Of a stretch of DNA of 35,188 bases, positions 22,408 to 35,188 are shown piece by piece; the first letter of the stretch is position 1; the number at the start of each line of letters is the position of its first letter. Under the pieces are notes generated by a model, which did not search any database, had not been told where the DNA came from, and worked only from the letters and a program-made list of their open reading frames with translations. Made by a program: the position numbers and the translations under genes. Origin of the DNA: Phoronis australis (lineage: Eukaryota > Animalia > Phoronida); assembly GCA_002633005.1 (NCBI GenBank), contig NMRA01000922.1:63919-99106 (forward strand). Reading direction: 5' to 3'.

Positions 22408-23300
22408 CCCACTCACACGGACTACTATCTTCCGATTCCAAGCACCCTCTGATACACAAACTGGGCATGATTAGAACGTTGGACTATCGTGCAAAACCAT
22501 CCCCAACACAGACGAGGACATTGATGTTGAATTGGATTACAACAGAACAGTATTAAAGACATGTTGCTATCCTGAGTGGTCATTCCACAAGGCAGACCAT
22601 CACGGGGTCAGGCCAAAGAGCACGCAGCCTGACAACAGGAGAGACGTCACGATAACATTACCTTTTGTGCCAGGGATTTCATTCCAGGTTAAATCTCATA
22701 TGAGGGGCCACGATATTTCCGTTTCGTTCAAACCAATTAACACCATAAGGAGTCAGCTAAGGAATGTGAAAGATAAGACCAAGAAAGAGAAAAAAATCAA
22801 ATGTGGTGTATGGCATTTCATACTCAGATCCAGGGTGTGAGGAATCATATATTGGGGAAACCAAACAAACCGTGAAAAGTCAGAACAGTCAACATCGCAG
22901 GCCCTGTTACGGGGACTGGAGCTACGATTCGGCGGTTTTCACAGTCATATAGCTTTTACGGACCACTCGTTCTCCCTGGATGATGTCATAATTCTGGATA
23001 GAGAAGGAATTTGGTACAGGAGAGAGGTCAAGGAAGCTATATACGAACGCGTGGAGAATCCTAGCTTAAACAGACGAGGGGGCCTTAGGTTTCTGTTGCC
23101 AAGATCTCGGGACATGACACGAAAGAGTATCCCGCGCAAACTGTGCTGTCGATCACATGATGAGTCACGTGACATCTCAGTGGCCTGCCGAAGTCCTCGA
23201 GAGGAGGATGCAACGTAACCCATAAGTCTGTATGTCCAGTAATTGATTTAATTTTCTACATATTATTTACTCAACTGGATGACTGAAAGTATTCATCGTA
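22408..23300 (+). mobile_element. 5'-truncated, frameshifted Penelope-like retroelement (RT C-terminus + GIY-YIG endonuclease)
   Basis: Piecewise translation gives PTHTDYYL, KLGMIRTLDYRA, CYPEW, ITLPFVPGIS, VSFKPINTIRSQL.NVKD, NVVYGI..GCEESYIGET, DSAV, ILDRE..WYRREVKEAIY..VENPSLNRRGG. These are hallmark PLE motifs. Confidence 0.88.
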
Positions 23301-23499
23301 TTATGAAACTTTGGTATTTAATGTTACAGTACATGTGACCTGTTTATTATTTGGCAATTGTCATTCCATTCATCTGCCGTTGATAACAGCAAAAATACAA
23401 GCACAGCCCCAGAAATCGCTGTCGCGTTATATCCAGGTTCTAATTCATTCCCTTGCATACATGTGCATTCACTAGTAAATCGAACTCGGAGGAGTAGGA

Positions 23500-23595
23500 G
23501 ACACTTGTGCATTGCCTCATTGTCTGCCAGCAAAGCCAGGATTCGAACACAGGTTTCTCAAATGGGAGTGCGGAGCTTAAACCACTGAGTTACAC
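23500..23595 (-). mobile_element. tRNA-derived SINE head (degenerate)
   Basis: The minus strand reads GTGTAACTCAGTGGTTTAAG...GTGTTCGAATCCTGG: Pol III A box and B box at tRNA-like spacing, with no intact cloverleaf. The 3' extent is approximate. Confidence 0.6.
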
Positions 23596-23835
23596 TGTCT
23601 CCTGTAACAGTGGAGTCGAGCTTCATTCATATCTCGCTTTAAAGAAATTGCTTCATGATGTTGCTGAAGTGTATTTTACCAGTAAGTGAATGCACCAAAT
23701 TCAGGGTATAGATCCAACAAAACTCAGGAACATTGACCTCAATATTGGCACTCTGGTATTACCCATAACTAGAGATATGCTGGTAATCTATTGACTGGTG
23801 AAGTCATTTAATTGGTTTTTACATATCTTTTGCAG

Positions 23836-23932
23836 CTAACAGAAGGAATGGTTGGACGTTTCGTAAGGATTCTTAACACCAACCTTGATGTATCAGAAAT
23901 GAATAAGAAACTGGCAACTCTTTTGCAGCTTG
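23836..23932 (+). CDS. mTERF-family gene, internal exon
   Basis: Acceptor TCTTTTGCAG|CTA (phase 0), reading LTEGMVGRFVRILNTNLDVSEMNKKLATLLQL-G. Donor G|GTATGT, phase 1. Confidence 0.75.
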
Positions 23933-24440
23933 GTATGTCACTCCAGTAAACATATCCGTAATTCCAGGCTCTAAAATTGTGCCTGAGGTGTCAATAATTT
24001 TTGATGGTCAAAATATTCACTCTTTGAGAATCTTTAATGGTCATTACAATATTGCTGAGTTTTTTGCTAAGGGAAATTGTGGTTTCCTCAAAATTGAATT
24101 TTTACCTTTTCTGGCAAACCTGTAAGTGTTGAAAGTTGAATTATAGCTTTTATGTAGGTATTGGATATCACCTTTTTCTTGGTGGATGGTACCTTGTGAT
24201 GTTCCCAACTCATGACGCAGCCAGTGTAAACGTGGCATTTTTCAATTCGCAATTTTAGGGTTGGCAAACCCCTATAAACTTGAAGCATTTTGTGGGCAAC
24301 GGAAATAGAATCCTAGCATTATGAGGAAATATGCGAGATGGATTTTATGAGAGTAAAAGGCCTGGTTGGATTTTAGCATCTAGTGAGGATTAAATGTAGT
24401 TTTAAGTTAAATTAATAATACTGTGTCAATTGTCTTCCAG

Positions 24441-24551
24441 GGTGCCACCTTGATGAGATAGTTGAGAGGCCAGGGATATTATTGCTTGATGAACAAGACA
24501 TCATCAGGGAAAAACTGACCACTATGGACTACACAAAAAATACGTCCTTAG
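24441..24551 (+). CDS. mTERF-family gene, internal exon
   Basis: Acceptor TGTCTTCCAG|GG (phase 1) completes the mTERF motif L-x-x-L-G-CHLDEIVERPGILL. Donor TAG|GTTTGT is phase 1, matching 25421. Confidence 0.8.
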
Positions 24552-25420
24552 GTTTGTTATTTAAGGAAATGAAATTTTGCTCAGTATGAAATTTTCATAC
24601 AATATGTCTACTTTACAATGTCTCAAGAAATTTTGTTTTTTATTAAAGTTAGAATCAAGATGTGTGATGATTTGTCATTTTTTTTGGTTTTTTGTCTTTT
24701 TCGGAGATCTAACTCGACAATCTTTTGCCATATTGCCTCAGTCACTGAGAACAGTGACATGTATCACAATTGAACAACCAGTTGACAGTTTTCAGAACTT
24801 GCTGCGTCACCATGCTATTTTTGTGGAAATGTAGTGGAAAGATTCTAAATTGTATATTTATAAACAAAATTCAACTATGACAAATTGGCTAAAAGACCTT
24901 CAAAATGGAAACATTTGTGTTTCACTCCAGAACATGGTTTTTAGTGGCTTACATATTTTTTGATTCATGTCATCAGTAAACAGTATGAATGAAATGATGA
25001 TTACGCAACTCGTGTGATGTATTTCCCACGAGCACCTTACCACATTGGTGTTGTGTTAAAAGCAAAATTTGACAATACAGAAAATGTTAAGTCTTGCATA
25101 TTCCATTAAGAAGAGTGGAGGTCAAAGTAATCAGCATTTTGTTATACTTCTTGTTGCTCATTTGTATCTCGATTGGTCACTTAGTAACGTTGAAGCTGTG
25201 ATGTCATACCATACATGGCAATACTTCTGCATGTATAATGGTGGTACAGTACATACCATAATTTTCATAATGTTGAATGCATGTTTCTCTCATCAAATGA
25301 AGAGCCATTTATTTTTAATTACAACTTTTAAAAATAACTTTAATTGTGGAATTCATCTACTTGCCCTTTAAATGGTCATCTAATTATCTTGCATTCATTT
25401 CAACATCTATTTTTTTCTAG

Positions 25421-26424
25421 ACTCGGACTGTGACAGCCAAATTAGTCGTCTCTTGAATGCACTGCAGTGCGATGGCCCCCAGCTGGGCAACATGCTTTCT
25501 CGATTCCCCAACCTGCTGCGCATGGACAAGGCTCACAGGCTGCGTCACATGAAAGAGAAAATTTCCTTGCTCCAGTCAGAAGGAGTAACTATGGAAAGTA
25601 TCAGGAACTCTCCGCAGATTCTGAGCAAACGCTATAGCGTGATCCAGGAACGGTTGCTACAGATGAAAGATGCTAGAGTCCCTGAACCTTTGCCTCTGAT
25701 GTGGATTTGTCAGGGTAAGACCCGCTTTCAGCAGCTCATGTCAGGCTTTTGCAATGAGAATGACATTCTAAAAGGCAGGACGAAGCTTCGTACGATTGCC
25801 GACTTGTTAGGAGTGGAGGAACGAAACATAAATTATGAGAATGCTGTTTTGCAACACAGTATTGTGAATCTGAAGAGGAAGATTGACTGTCTCCTATCTC
25901 ACGGTGTTGACAGGAAACTCTTGTCTCGGCATACTTATATATTGGGCTATAGTCTTGTAAGGCTTGAGGCTGCCATAAGTCAACTGAAGCAGTCGGGTGT
26001 TGAATCAATGACTCCTCTGCAGGTATTTTGGATGATGACTTCAGAGCGGATATCAATCAACATTGAGAGTAGGAGTTCTCTCAAGCAGCAGAAACTGTTC
26101 AACCTCTTACAACTGAAGCAGTATTCAAAAAAGGCAGTTATGATACAGAATATTGGGCACTTGCTCAAGATACCTATGGAAGACCTTGAGTGCAGGTTGA
26201 AACTGTTGAACCGACAGGGTTTTTCAACTGAGGTAGTCAGTCAATGCCCCCTGGTGCTGGCACATGACACTGAGTATCTGGAGAAGGTTTTGACTGAGTT
26301 ACCAGAAAACAAACATCTTCAACCACACGAAGTCTGGTTGAGGGACAAAGTGAAATTACTGAATGCTGTTCAATACGTTATAGAAAAAAGTGTTAACTTT
26401 TCTTACCCAGCAGTCCCGGGGTAA
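25421..26424 (+). CDS. Mitochondrial transcription termination factor (mTERF) family protein, terminal exon
   Basis: Acceptor TTTTTTCTAG|AC (phase 1). Repeated mTERF motifs: KISLLQSEGVTMESIRNSPQIL, KIDCLLSHGVDRKLLSRHTYIL, RLKLLNRQGFSTEVVSQCPLVL. Stop at 26424. The subfamily cannot be assigned by eye. Confidence 0.88.
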
Positions 26425-28370
26425 ATTATTTCAAGTTGTTACAAACCCACCTTCCATCAAAAAATTAACTATTGGATTAGACCACTTATAGTTGTGGAGT
26501 TAGTCTCACCTGGTTGTTTTTTTTTTAAACTAAAGGTGGATTTTGGGCTTCAGAATAAGTGGCAGGTATTGTTGCACTAGGTCAAACTCAACAAGTTGAA
26601 GTTGTCAGGGCGGAAATTTTATACACCCATCATGGTCTCTGGCAGTCACGTACTACCACGTATTTCCTAGCCCACAAATCTCTGCTCATCTGATAACGGA
26701 ACAAGTTGAGTTCAACAATTACAAGTACCAGTCGTCAATAATGTATGGCAAAGTTCATTTGGTATGCAATAATCGCATTCTAATCAGTTGTATTTGTTTT
26801 AAGCTGGTAGCATGCCTGACGCTGGAGTTCGATTACTTGGAACACTAACGATAGATCAGATTGATGTCTGCATTTGAAAACGAGTAAACAAAAGAGTGAT
26901 ATTTGCAATGATGTGTTCATTGTCTTTAATGGAAGGGTGCAGATTCAACAAGCAAAAAGCTTAATCTACTGTGCTTAACTCCCCTGAACTGTGGTGCCTA
27001 TAATTGTTCATGTTCTGGGTTTCTCTTCGAAAACACTGCAAAAATTGTAGGATGACAATTGGCTTACCTTAAAATCCAACTGCTGCTTGGTGGTTTGGTA
27101 ATTGGCACAATTACGTTGCACACCCAGCAAAATTAATGAAGAACACATTGCTACATGAAGCAAACGAGTAGGCTGCAAAAAGTCATTTCTTGTCCAGTTT
27201 TCTAAGTTCAAAAACCTAACCATTTGTTCTGTTCGCGGAATATTCAAACATGCTGTTTACAAATTTTACAAAACGAAAATTAAAAATACTACTGTCCCCC
27301 ATGTGTTTTGGAGAACGATAACGTAAGCAGTCTGGGACCATTTAATTAACCGCGACATCATGGTGTCTTTGACGTAAACCGGCAGATTCTGAGGTGCGCC
27401 AACCTGTCTAGTCGCCCATTCTCTACTGGTCATGGTGTAAACGTAGAATACATGTACTTGTCACTGTTTGCTGGTTAATGATGAGGGCACTTTTCCGAAA
27501 ATAGTGTCAACACTAAAAAGGTCATCCTCATTCTAAATATCGCAATAAACATACAATAAAAACGTCCTTTCGTGAGCCTTTCTTGCATTGGACATTGCAG
27601 TGTATAGTAGTTTCAATCGCGGCATCAGGCGCCCGTCAGTCAGGTCGCCTCGTGCGACGTCTGTAAAGTAACAGAGCCAGATGTAGTCCAAAACTGCCGT
27701 TGATCTAGTACTTTAAATATATCGCCATGACGTCGGCCATCTTGGCATTAGAACCTGGAAGAAACAACGATTGGCATTCATGGTTGGAGGGTCAGCTTTC
27801 TTTTGTTCGATAATTGCTCTAATCTTCAAAAAGATCGTATCTAGCCTGGCAGGTTGTGCTGTTAAAAGCAAAAATTAAGTTACAACATATTTGAACATAA
27901 ACCAATTGCATTTCTTAAATCCTTGTCTTATGGTGATCATGTTTAGTTTCTGAATCGCCTGGTAGATAATTGGCCTGCCTGTTGTCATAACAGACAAAGA
28001 CTGCTTGGCGGTTAACAAAGAGGCTAGATGTTATCACACGCTCAGAACCCCTTCGTCTGGTAAAGTCACTGAATGAAAAAACGCCGTCATGCACTGTGGG
28101 CGAAGCCTGTGACCCCTGGATCGCCCTTAAAGTTGTTTGTGTCTGCAAACCATTACTCATCATCAAATTTACTTCATGAGTCAGCCTTATTAAAATTGGT
28201 GACCTGTAACGTTACGTACCCCAGTTATTGCCCCAATTTAAATAATTTGCCGTTGAGCTGTAAACAAACTGTGGCCATGACAACATCTTGTCCCAGTTGG
28301 AGCAACCGGAGTCATAGGCGTCAACGACAACTACCCAACCTGCGTCGCCGTTACATCCACCGTACTGTTT

Positions 28371-28728
28371 GTTGATAAAGAATCGTCGACTGCCACCGCT
28401 GTAAAAAGTAGAAACGAGGAATGGTGATAGTAGATTCAGTCATTAGTAGGCCTATCCATTAGACCCGAATCCTGAAGAAGGTATGTACCAATTGAAAGAC
28501 CACTTTGTAACATTTTGCTAACTTGATCAAAACGTTGATAAAGAATCGTCTATTCTTTCGACTGTAAAAAAGTAGAAACGAGGAATGGTGAAAGTAGATT
28601 AATTCATTAGTAGGCCTATACATGTGTACATTAGACACGAAATCTACATGTATACGTAAGTACATGTAACTGACACGCTGGAGAAGGTAGTTAATTGAAA
28701 CACCACTTTGTAACATTTTGCTAACTTA
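28371..28728. repeat. Degenerate local direct duplication (offset about 163-200 bp)
   Basis: GTTGATAAAGAATCGTC...AGTAGAAACGAGGAATGGTGA...CATTAGTAGGCCTAT occurs at 28371-28455 and 28534-28619. ACCACTTTGTAACATTTTGCTAACTT occurs at about 28499 and 28702. Confidence 0.8.
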
Positions 28729-29943
28729 ACGTAGAAAATATATCTGAAACTAAATAAGGCGATCCCGGTCCTCCCAAGGATACTATTGTTTCATGAAATG
28801 AAGAATATAAATCGGTAAATAAAACAACAATAATGAATCAAATGAAATTTGAAATTTTCGGATGTAATAACTTCCTTTGTCAACAAAAACAGAAATAAAG
28901 TAAAATTAAACACAGAATGACAATTGACATATAAGATATGGTGTAATGAAAATGATACATTTTTGCGTAAAAAATTCATGACATATATTAAGAAGTTTTT
29001 ATGTTCAATCCATGAGGTTCTATTGTATTAAGTTTGTCTATCCAATATTGTTCTCTTTTGAGTCTGTGAGGGGTACTGGGGTGTTGGAGTTTTTCTATTA
29101 TTTATCGTAATCTATTTTGCCCGGGGTACGCCACGAGCTATCGGGAATATTGTCATTTATTATGACGTAATAGATAAAACTAACTAAGACTCTGCAAGAT
29201 GGGCATGCAAAAAACGCCCACCGGCGTGTACAATGAATAGCCCTGCAAGAGGGAACAAAACAAGAAAACTGCCTGAAGGGCTTAAAGGAAAACATGACGA
29301 AAGTTCGCCTGGTCTCAGAATTTTCAGGCCCTTATCATAAACAATATCTAACTACAATAAACACCAGGCTAATTGCTNCGACACTGTAGAGTTCTCGATA
29401 ACGACATTGACGCAGCTTAATTAGGGGGCGCTCAGCTCTACGTTCCTGAGATAGAACAAAGGAAATATGGGCGACCAATCAGGAGTCGCGTAGAGAAACG
29501 TATGAATACAAAAGTAGGCCCTAGAGGCTATAAATAGAGATGAGTAATGCAAAATAAACCCTAAGGACTAGTATCAAAATAAGGAGACAAGTGTCAAAAT
29601 AATGACGATAAATGCATTTAACAAGTTAAATTTAATAAATCAGGATGCCGTAACGATTACTCGCAAAGAATGCAGCTTAAATTCGGATGTAATGTGGCCC
29701 ATACGGGTGAAGTTGTCGCGTAATTACGACCGAGATCGTTATATCCAATGAGAAATTGGTTTGTTGGTTACGTGAGCTCTGAAACAGTTGTGCGCTCGTT
29801 ATTTTACACTCATATTTTACGCTCGTATTTTTGGCTCGTAATTCTACGTTCTTAAATTTACGCTGGTATTTTTCAAATGTTACGAAGTTTNAGTAAGGTC
29901 CAAGAGATAACAATGAGTTCAAGTACCACTTGTAGTTCTACTG

Positions 29944-30159
29944 CAGAGGCGGATCTACGGGGAGGGGGTTCATGAGATTCAACCCTCCCCCAGGGACACG
30001 TGGCCAGGAAAACGAAATCAGATATTTAAAAACAAAAAAATCTTACACGGGTGGGGAGAAACACCCTCCCGACCTTCCCTCCGCTAGGTGCTACGCGCCT
30101 CAAATTTGCGCAAATCCTACCCTGCCGCCCCCCTTACTAAAAACGTAGATCTGCCACTG
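29944..30159. mobile_element. hAT-like MITE
   Basis: TIRs CAGAGGCGGATCTACG / CGTAGATCTGCCACTG with G-rich and C-rich sub-termini. No clear TSD. Confidence 0.65.
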
Positions 30160-30278
30160 CTCAGTACCAAGTAAGCTTATGTAAAATAATAAAAACAAAT
30201 ATTTTTCTTCATCACAACCTGTTTATTCAAGAAAAACTGACAAACATCTAATGAGAGACAACAGAATCAAAGTTGCTT

Positions 30279-30568
30279 GAACTGAACACATTGTCAAACT
30301 TTAACATGCAGCAGACCTGCTGAGAATAATTAAAACAACATGAATCCAGAAGAACAATAATCATTCATTCACTGATGACAGAAGTATAGTGGTGCAGAAA
30401 CGAACATAACAAGGTGATTTAGAACTGAACACATTGTCAAACTTTAACATCCAGCAGACCTGCTGAGAATAATTAAAACAACATGGATCCAGAAGAATAC
30501 AATAATCATTCATTCACTGATGACAGAAGGATAGTGGTGCAGAAACGAACATAACAAGGTGATTTAGA
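30279..30568. repeat. Tandem duplication, 2 x about 143 bp
   Basis: GAACTGAACACATTGTCAAAC...AAGGTGATTTA is repeated at 30279 and 30422. Confidence 0.9.
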
Positions 30569-32007
30569 GTAGGAACCACATACAAACACTTATAAACTGG
30601 TGTATACACAGATATCAGTTTTAGGACAATCAATGGATGTTCAGCACGCCACATGAATATCGGAATTATAAATTTTCACTTGGTTTACTGAACAAACACA
30701 TTCATTCACTGAATTTTTGCAGTTACCTGTATAGGAATATTTTCAACCACACGAAGTTGACAACAATATTATAAAACAAAATGTCCATAGTATCTCACGT
30801 ATAAAGGAAATGTGTTTGCCTTCGAGCAGTCAAATTCTGCGTATATTTACTTTAAGTCTGATTTGGGTCCCCACAGCTGGTGATTGTAAGCTCCGATGTT
30901 CCTGTTTAGGTAACGCTCATCATTTTTTCATTGCGAAGTCATACAGAAAGCAACTACCACTTTTTCTGCCACATGTGTTAATGATCATCTTGTCTCTTGC
31001 AATGCTTTATGAATGAACCTAAGGTCAGCATGTTCACTACAGAAATAAACAAAACATGGTGTGAATACTGGAAGGCACTTGCTGGTATAAAACAAAACAA
31101 GTTAACTAAGACAATCACGATCTGAAATCTGTTAGCTAAATAGTACTATGCTACGTGCTACCTTAAAAGTAATTTTAAAATGAACATGGATTTCATGACA
31201 GCATTCAATAAAGAAACAACTTAGTAAAAACAACGCTAATTTGAAAAAACGTTATCCCTGGCAGCAACATATGGCCGAGGGATTTTAGAGTGATGACATT
31301 AAGATCAATGGACCAAAACAAACTCAAACAAATTAAAAGTTATAACAACATTTCACGGTTGTACTGCACAAGTTAGATGTTAATGAGAATATTCTGGCTC
31401 TGTCTTAAGGGGCTTATTTTTATGAGTGGATAATCTGATTGGTTCACGTTTCATATAGAGTAGGGTATTCTTCTTTTTCTTCAACAATAAGATTTTAAAT
31501 GACATCTGTAGCTTATTAAATAGTTTTTTTAATCTCAGATATATGCAAACATTGGTAAAGCGTTGTTTTTTTAAAATTTTGATCTTTCCTTTCTGTTTAG
31601 TCCGTTTAAATTTTACGGACTAAATGAGCTTTTTACCGCAACCAAACTGTTTTTTATTTTTTCATTGATAGAAAGTTCTTTAAAAATACCAGAGTTCAAG
31701 TTTTGCAGACTGCCTGGGATTGCCACTTTAATTTAAGTCCATGGTAAGGGTATATCCTTTAACTTGCTGTAATACTCTCACCAGGATCGAACACAGGTAC
31801 GATTTTATATTTGATCTAGACTTAGTGAGAGATGGTAAATTCTTTCGGATTTTGCCACGTTTTCCTATTATCATCGCGTGTGGGTTACTTTTTGCGATTA
31901 TAGAACCAACATTTTAACGAGTACGTCTGACCCTCTTCTGTGTGTGACGAGCATTCTGCCTTAGACAGAATTTTTTTCATGTAGGCAAATTATTGTTCAC
32001 TACTTGG

Positions 32008-32272
32008 CATGAACGCACCCGGGGGGCTCGGGGGGCTCAAACGAGCTCCCCAGTTTGACAAATTGGGCAAAAAGGTCCGCCTCAGCGAAACAAAAATCCG
32101 AGTAAACGAGACAAAAATCCACAAAGCCCACAGGAATTCGGCGCGGATGCACCGTCCGTAGGCCTGAACCTATTGGCCACGTTTTTTTCTTAGTATTCGT
32201 TGATTTTTTTCAGTAAAAGGTCCGCACACCAAAAATTAGAGCCCACCATATTTTAAGCTGGGCGCGCGCATT
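32008..32272. mobile_element. Non-autonomous TIR element (MITE) with 5-bp TSD, hAT5-like, copy 2
   Basis: Termini CATGAACGCACCCGG ... CTGGGCGCGCGCATT, flanked by CTTGG / TTTGG. Homologous to 1638-1906 in inverse orientation. Confidence 0.65.
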
Positions 32273-32595
32273 TTTGGCATATTTGAAACTCTTTCTTGTC
32301 TTTAATCCGTTTAATACCAACAAGGTATAAAGTATCCTGGGTGCCAAAATCTAATGAAACAGGCACTGACATAACAAAAAATGAATAACCAATTAGTGAT
32401 TGCATGTGTAAATGTTACTAATAGTTAATTGAAGAGCATTGGGTACTGGTAGTACATAGTAGTAATTTCAATATTTCGGGGGTATTTTGGTGATGTTTTG
32501 TGACTGAAGTCTTCGATCTATTTCTCCTAGTTATGTCTCCACTGTCATGTATGAAACAGTCTCAGTGCATGTTTGAAGTGGATGCAGGTCAAATA

Positions 32596-32806
32596 AAATA
32601 AACAAAGACATGCATGGTACAGACTACTGTACATGGAATTCCAGGAACTATGATGTTGAAGCATGCAATACACAGTTACAGCCATATGGATCATGACCAA
32701 ATAAACAAAGACACGCAGGGTACAGACTACTGTACATCAGTGGAATTCCAGGAACTATGATGTTGAAGCATGCAAGTACACAGTTACAGCCATATGGCTC
32801 ATGACC
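32596..32806. repeat. Tandem duplication, 2 x about 105 bp
   Basis: AAATAAACAAAGACA...GGAATTCCAGGAACTATGATGTTGAAGCATGCAA...CATGACC occurs twice. Confidence 0.9.
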
Positions 32807-33889
32807 CTTGGTCTGTGAATGACCACTGTGTAACTGACTTGTTTACTTCAATATGGTTAAACAAGTATATGGGAAGTATGATTGAACATACAACCAAAAC
32901 AAATTCTGGAAGCACGAAAACCACTAAAATGTTGCAAATAAGTGGATTTTTGTTATCATTTTTGAGATTGACACTTTAATTTTTATAGTTACCTAATGAC
33001 AGACCTCACATTCAACCACGAGAAAAGAACAATTTATAAAATTGTAACGCTAGTGCATTCCTAAGCTGTCAGGTCACCTTGCTTAGCTTCAGTCATATTT
33101 TGGGATGCATATAACGTTTTTCTCAACTTGAATTACCTGAAATGTACAGGAAGCCTGTTGAGGGGGTGTTCTTTATCATTATTGTTCATAACAAGTATTA
33201 TTTTACTTTGATTGAGTTCAATGAACAAGTATTTAGCTTACACATTCAAATAAAAGCTATAAATAATGAATAAACAAAAACCGGATTGGCTTATTTGGGT
33301 TAATAATGTCTCACGCATTCTCTGTGTAAATGGTCATTAATTAACAAACAAAAAGTACGTCATTTAATGCCATTAAAAGAGTGCAACTTCGTGGAAAAAA
33401 ATAGCCAGCCTTCTGAATTTCTACGGCACTCTAACTCTAAAATCCGATGTTTCACCAAAAAGGAGGTTTTTCAAAAGTATTTTTGTAGAAAACTAATTTT
33501 TACGTTTCTTAAGCTAGCCGAAGAATATAAAAGGCATTGAAAACGAGATTTTATCAACAGAAGTTTTATGCATAATATTTAAAAACAGCAAAAGTATATT
33601 ATCTTACCTCGCTCATTTTTGCTGGTTTGGTAGCAATCGTTTCGTGATTCGGCTTCCACCAATCGTTTGATGTTTTGACCGGGCCAACCGGGAATCATCC
33701 GACGATTAAGTCACCATTTGGAATTCCGATACAATAATTCCGTTGATCCAATGTCCACATTCGTGGACAGCTTAGCAACTGCCACCAACTTTAAAGAAAT
33801 TCTGCCATTGTTTTGTTTCTTGTCCTACTCAATATTATTCATTTACATGAATGACACTAAGTGACCAAACTACACCAACTTACCCATGC

Positions 33890-34014
33890 AAATACAGTAT
33901 CATTGCTCAAGTAAAATAGTTCGTAGTATATTATATACCTGTCAAAATAAATGAAAATACAGTATCATTGCTCAAGTAAAATAGTTCGTAGTATATTATA
34001 TACCTGTCAAAATA
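33890..34014. repeat. Tandem duplication, 2 x about 65 bp
   Basis: AAATACAGTATCATTGCTCAAGTAAAATAGTTCGTAGTATATTATATACCTGTCAAAATA occurs twice. Confidence 0.9.
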
Positions 34015-34470
34015 TTATATCCACTGCTACGAAAGTAACATCAAGTTCTAAACAGTGTAGGAGCGAAACTAATTATTAAAATGTTTGAAATAAAACACTA
34101 GGGTATTTACTGACAATTACTACAACTTTTGTATTCATACACCGCCTTCATATCAACTGGTCAATTTGTAAAATCATAAGTATTGGGTGTAGAAAAAAAT
34201 TTCGAAGTTATGTTATACCCTGTTTTTTGTGCTGTTCTTCTTTTTTCTAATGAAAAGTCTCCAAATAGTTCATAAAAATAATTTATCTAGTACACAGAAT
34301 AATAGACCTGGCAGCTAACTGCTTGTGGCTGGGTGTCAAGTTCCAATGTTTACTATTTCTACTACTAGTGACAACAGGGGGTTGGTAAGTTGACACTTTC
34401 TAGGTTATAAACAAAACCTGAGTATGAGGGTCGTACAGTGGTAGCTGGAGACCAGGCGAGCTTTTCTCAT

Positions 34471-35188
34471 GACCTGGCACCTTTTAAAAAGCTCCAATAC
34501 AAGTCCATAATAAACTTATCAAACTTAGGCTCACCGATCTGTTCATTGGGTGTCGAACTGGGCCTGTATTCACTCCCACTACTCAACATCGCTGCAGGGC
34601 TGCCTACAGTCTCTGGGCTAGAGACAACAGCACAGGGCGAATCACTGCTAGTTCCCGGAATTGTACGCAATGGGGTACGTTCGGAGGCACGGGTGACAGT
34701 AGATGAAGTGCCTCCAGTCACTGTATATAGTGGCCACAGCACGCGAGGCTCCTCGCTTCAAAAACGCACTTCTCGGGGTTGGCGACGGGGCACTGCAAGG
34801 AATCGACAGCGACGGTATGGTACCCTTCTTCAGGCGTTGTTTCGCAGGGACCTTCATCAATTCAGCTTACATATCTCTGTCGTAATCAGACGGCAGAAAA
34901 TGCTTGCCACACACTCGGTAACCCTCCACTGCTTTGTACGTTGCGTGGACGGTTAGCGCTGCGTTCTTCACATGAATGAGCTAGCCAAGTACGGCGAAGT
35001 GTCTCATCCTTCGGAAAGCGATGCAAGGTACCCAAAGCGTGTGAGACGGTAATGAGTACATCCCGGCACGCAGCAACAGCGCCGTGGCATGTTGACTGAC
35101 TTGTAAACAAAAGCAAACGACGACCGAACTTATCACAACCGAGGTAGAACAAGAGTGACTCGACAACTCTCACAGTCAAGACTATAAT
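34471..35188 (-). mobile_element. Second, more decayed Kolobok THAP-transposase fragment
   Basis: Colinear with about 15748-16490, with frameshifts and stops (LHRFPKDETLRRTWL, MKVPAKQRLKKGTIPSL, EQIGEPKFDKFI). Homology runs to the window edge, just short of where the TIR would start. Confidence 0.85.

Noticed and set aside
23500-23595. Possible tRNA gene
   Set aside because: A and B boxes are present, but the acceptor and anticodon stems do not pair. It is better explained as a SINE head.
27400-28380. Several minus-strand splice-like signals and short ORFs downstream of mTERF
   Set aside because: No consistent reading frame or recognisable protein.

Overview
Eukaryotic, AT-rich, intron-containing DNA that looks like a marine invertebrate (inferred from gene and transposon content). 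It has one assembly gap (8702-9046). Three spliced host genes can be reconstructed from phase-compatible GT-AG junctions. (1) A minus-strand secreted PAN/apple + EGF protein (3192->2264 or beyond). (2) A plus-strand orphan protein of about 930 aa (5104-12163) with a long low-complexity N-terminus, a basic NLS-like patch, two tandem homologous exons whose phases imply mutually exclusive splicing, and a C-terminal transmembrane anchor with a short tail. Its large second exon appears twice across the gap, probably as an uncollapsed haplotype. (3) A plus-strand mTERF-family gene (about 18760-26424). Mobile DNA includes a complete-ended, internally deleted Kolobok transposon (14973-16658; TTAA TSD, about 150-bp TIRs). 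It carries a THAP-transposase remnant and a convergent Cys-rich KolX-like ORF resembling the P2X7 C-terminal zinc-binding domain, and it is nested in a palindromic MITE whose empty relative lies at 1980-2113. Also present are a second Kolobok THAP relic, a Penelope-like RT/GIY-YIG relic with a decayed hammerhead-like motif, hAT-type MITEs (8-bp and 5-bp TSDs), a tRNA-derived SINE head, a minisatellite and several short tandem duplications. All calls were made by eye, with no database searches.
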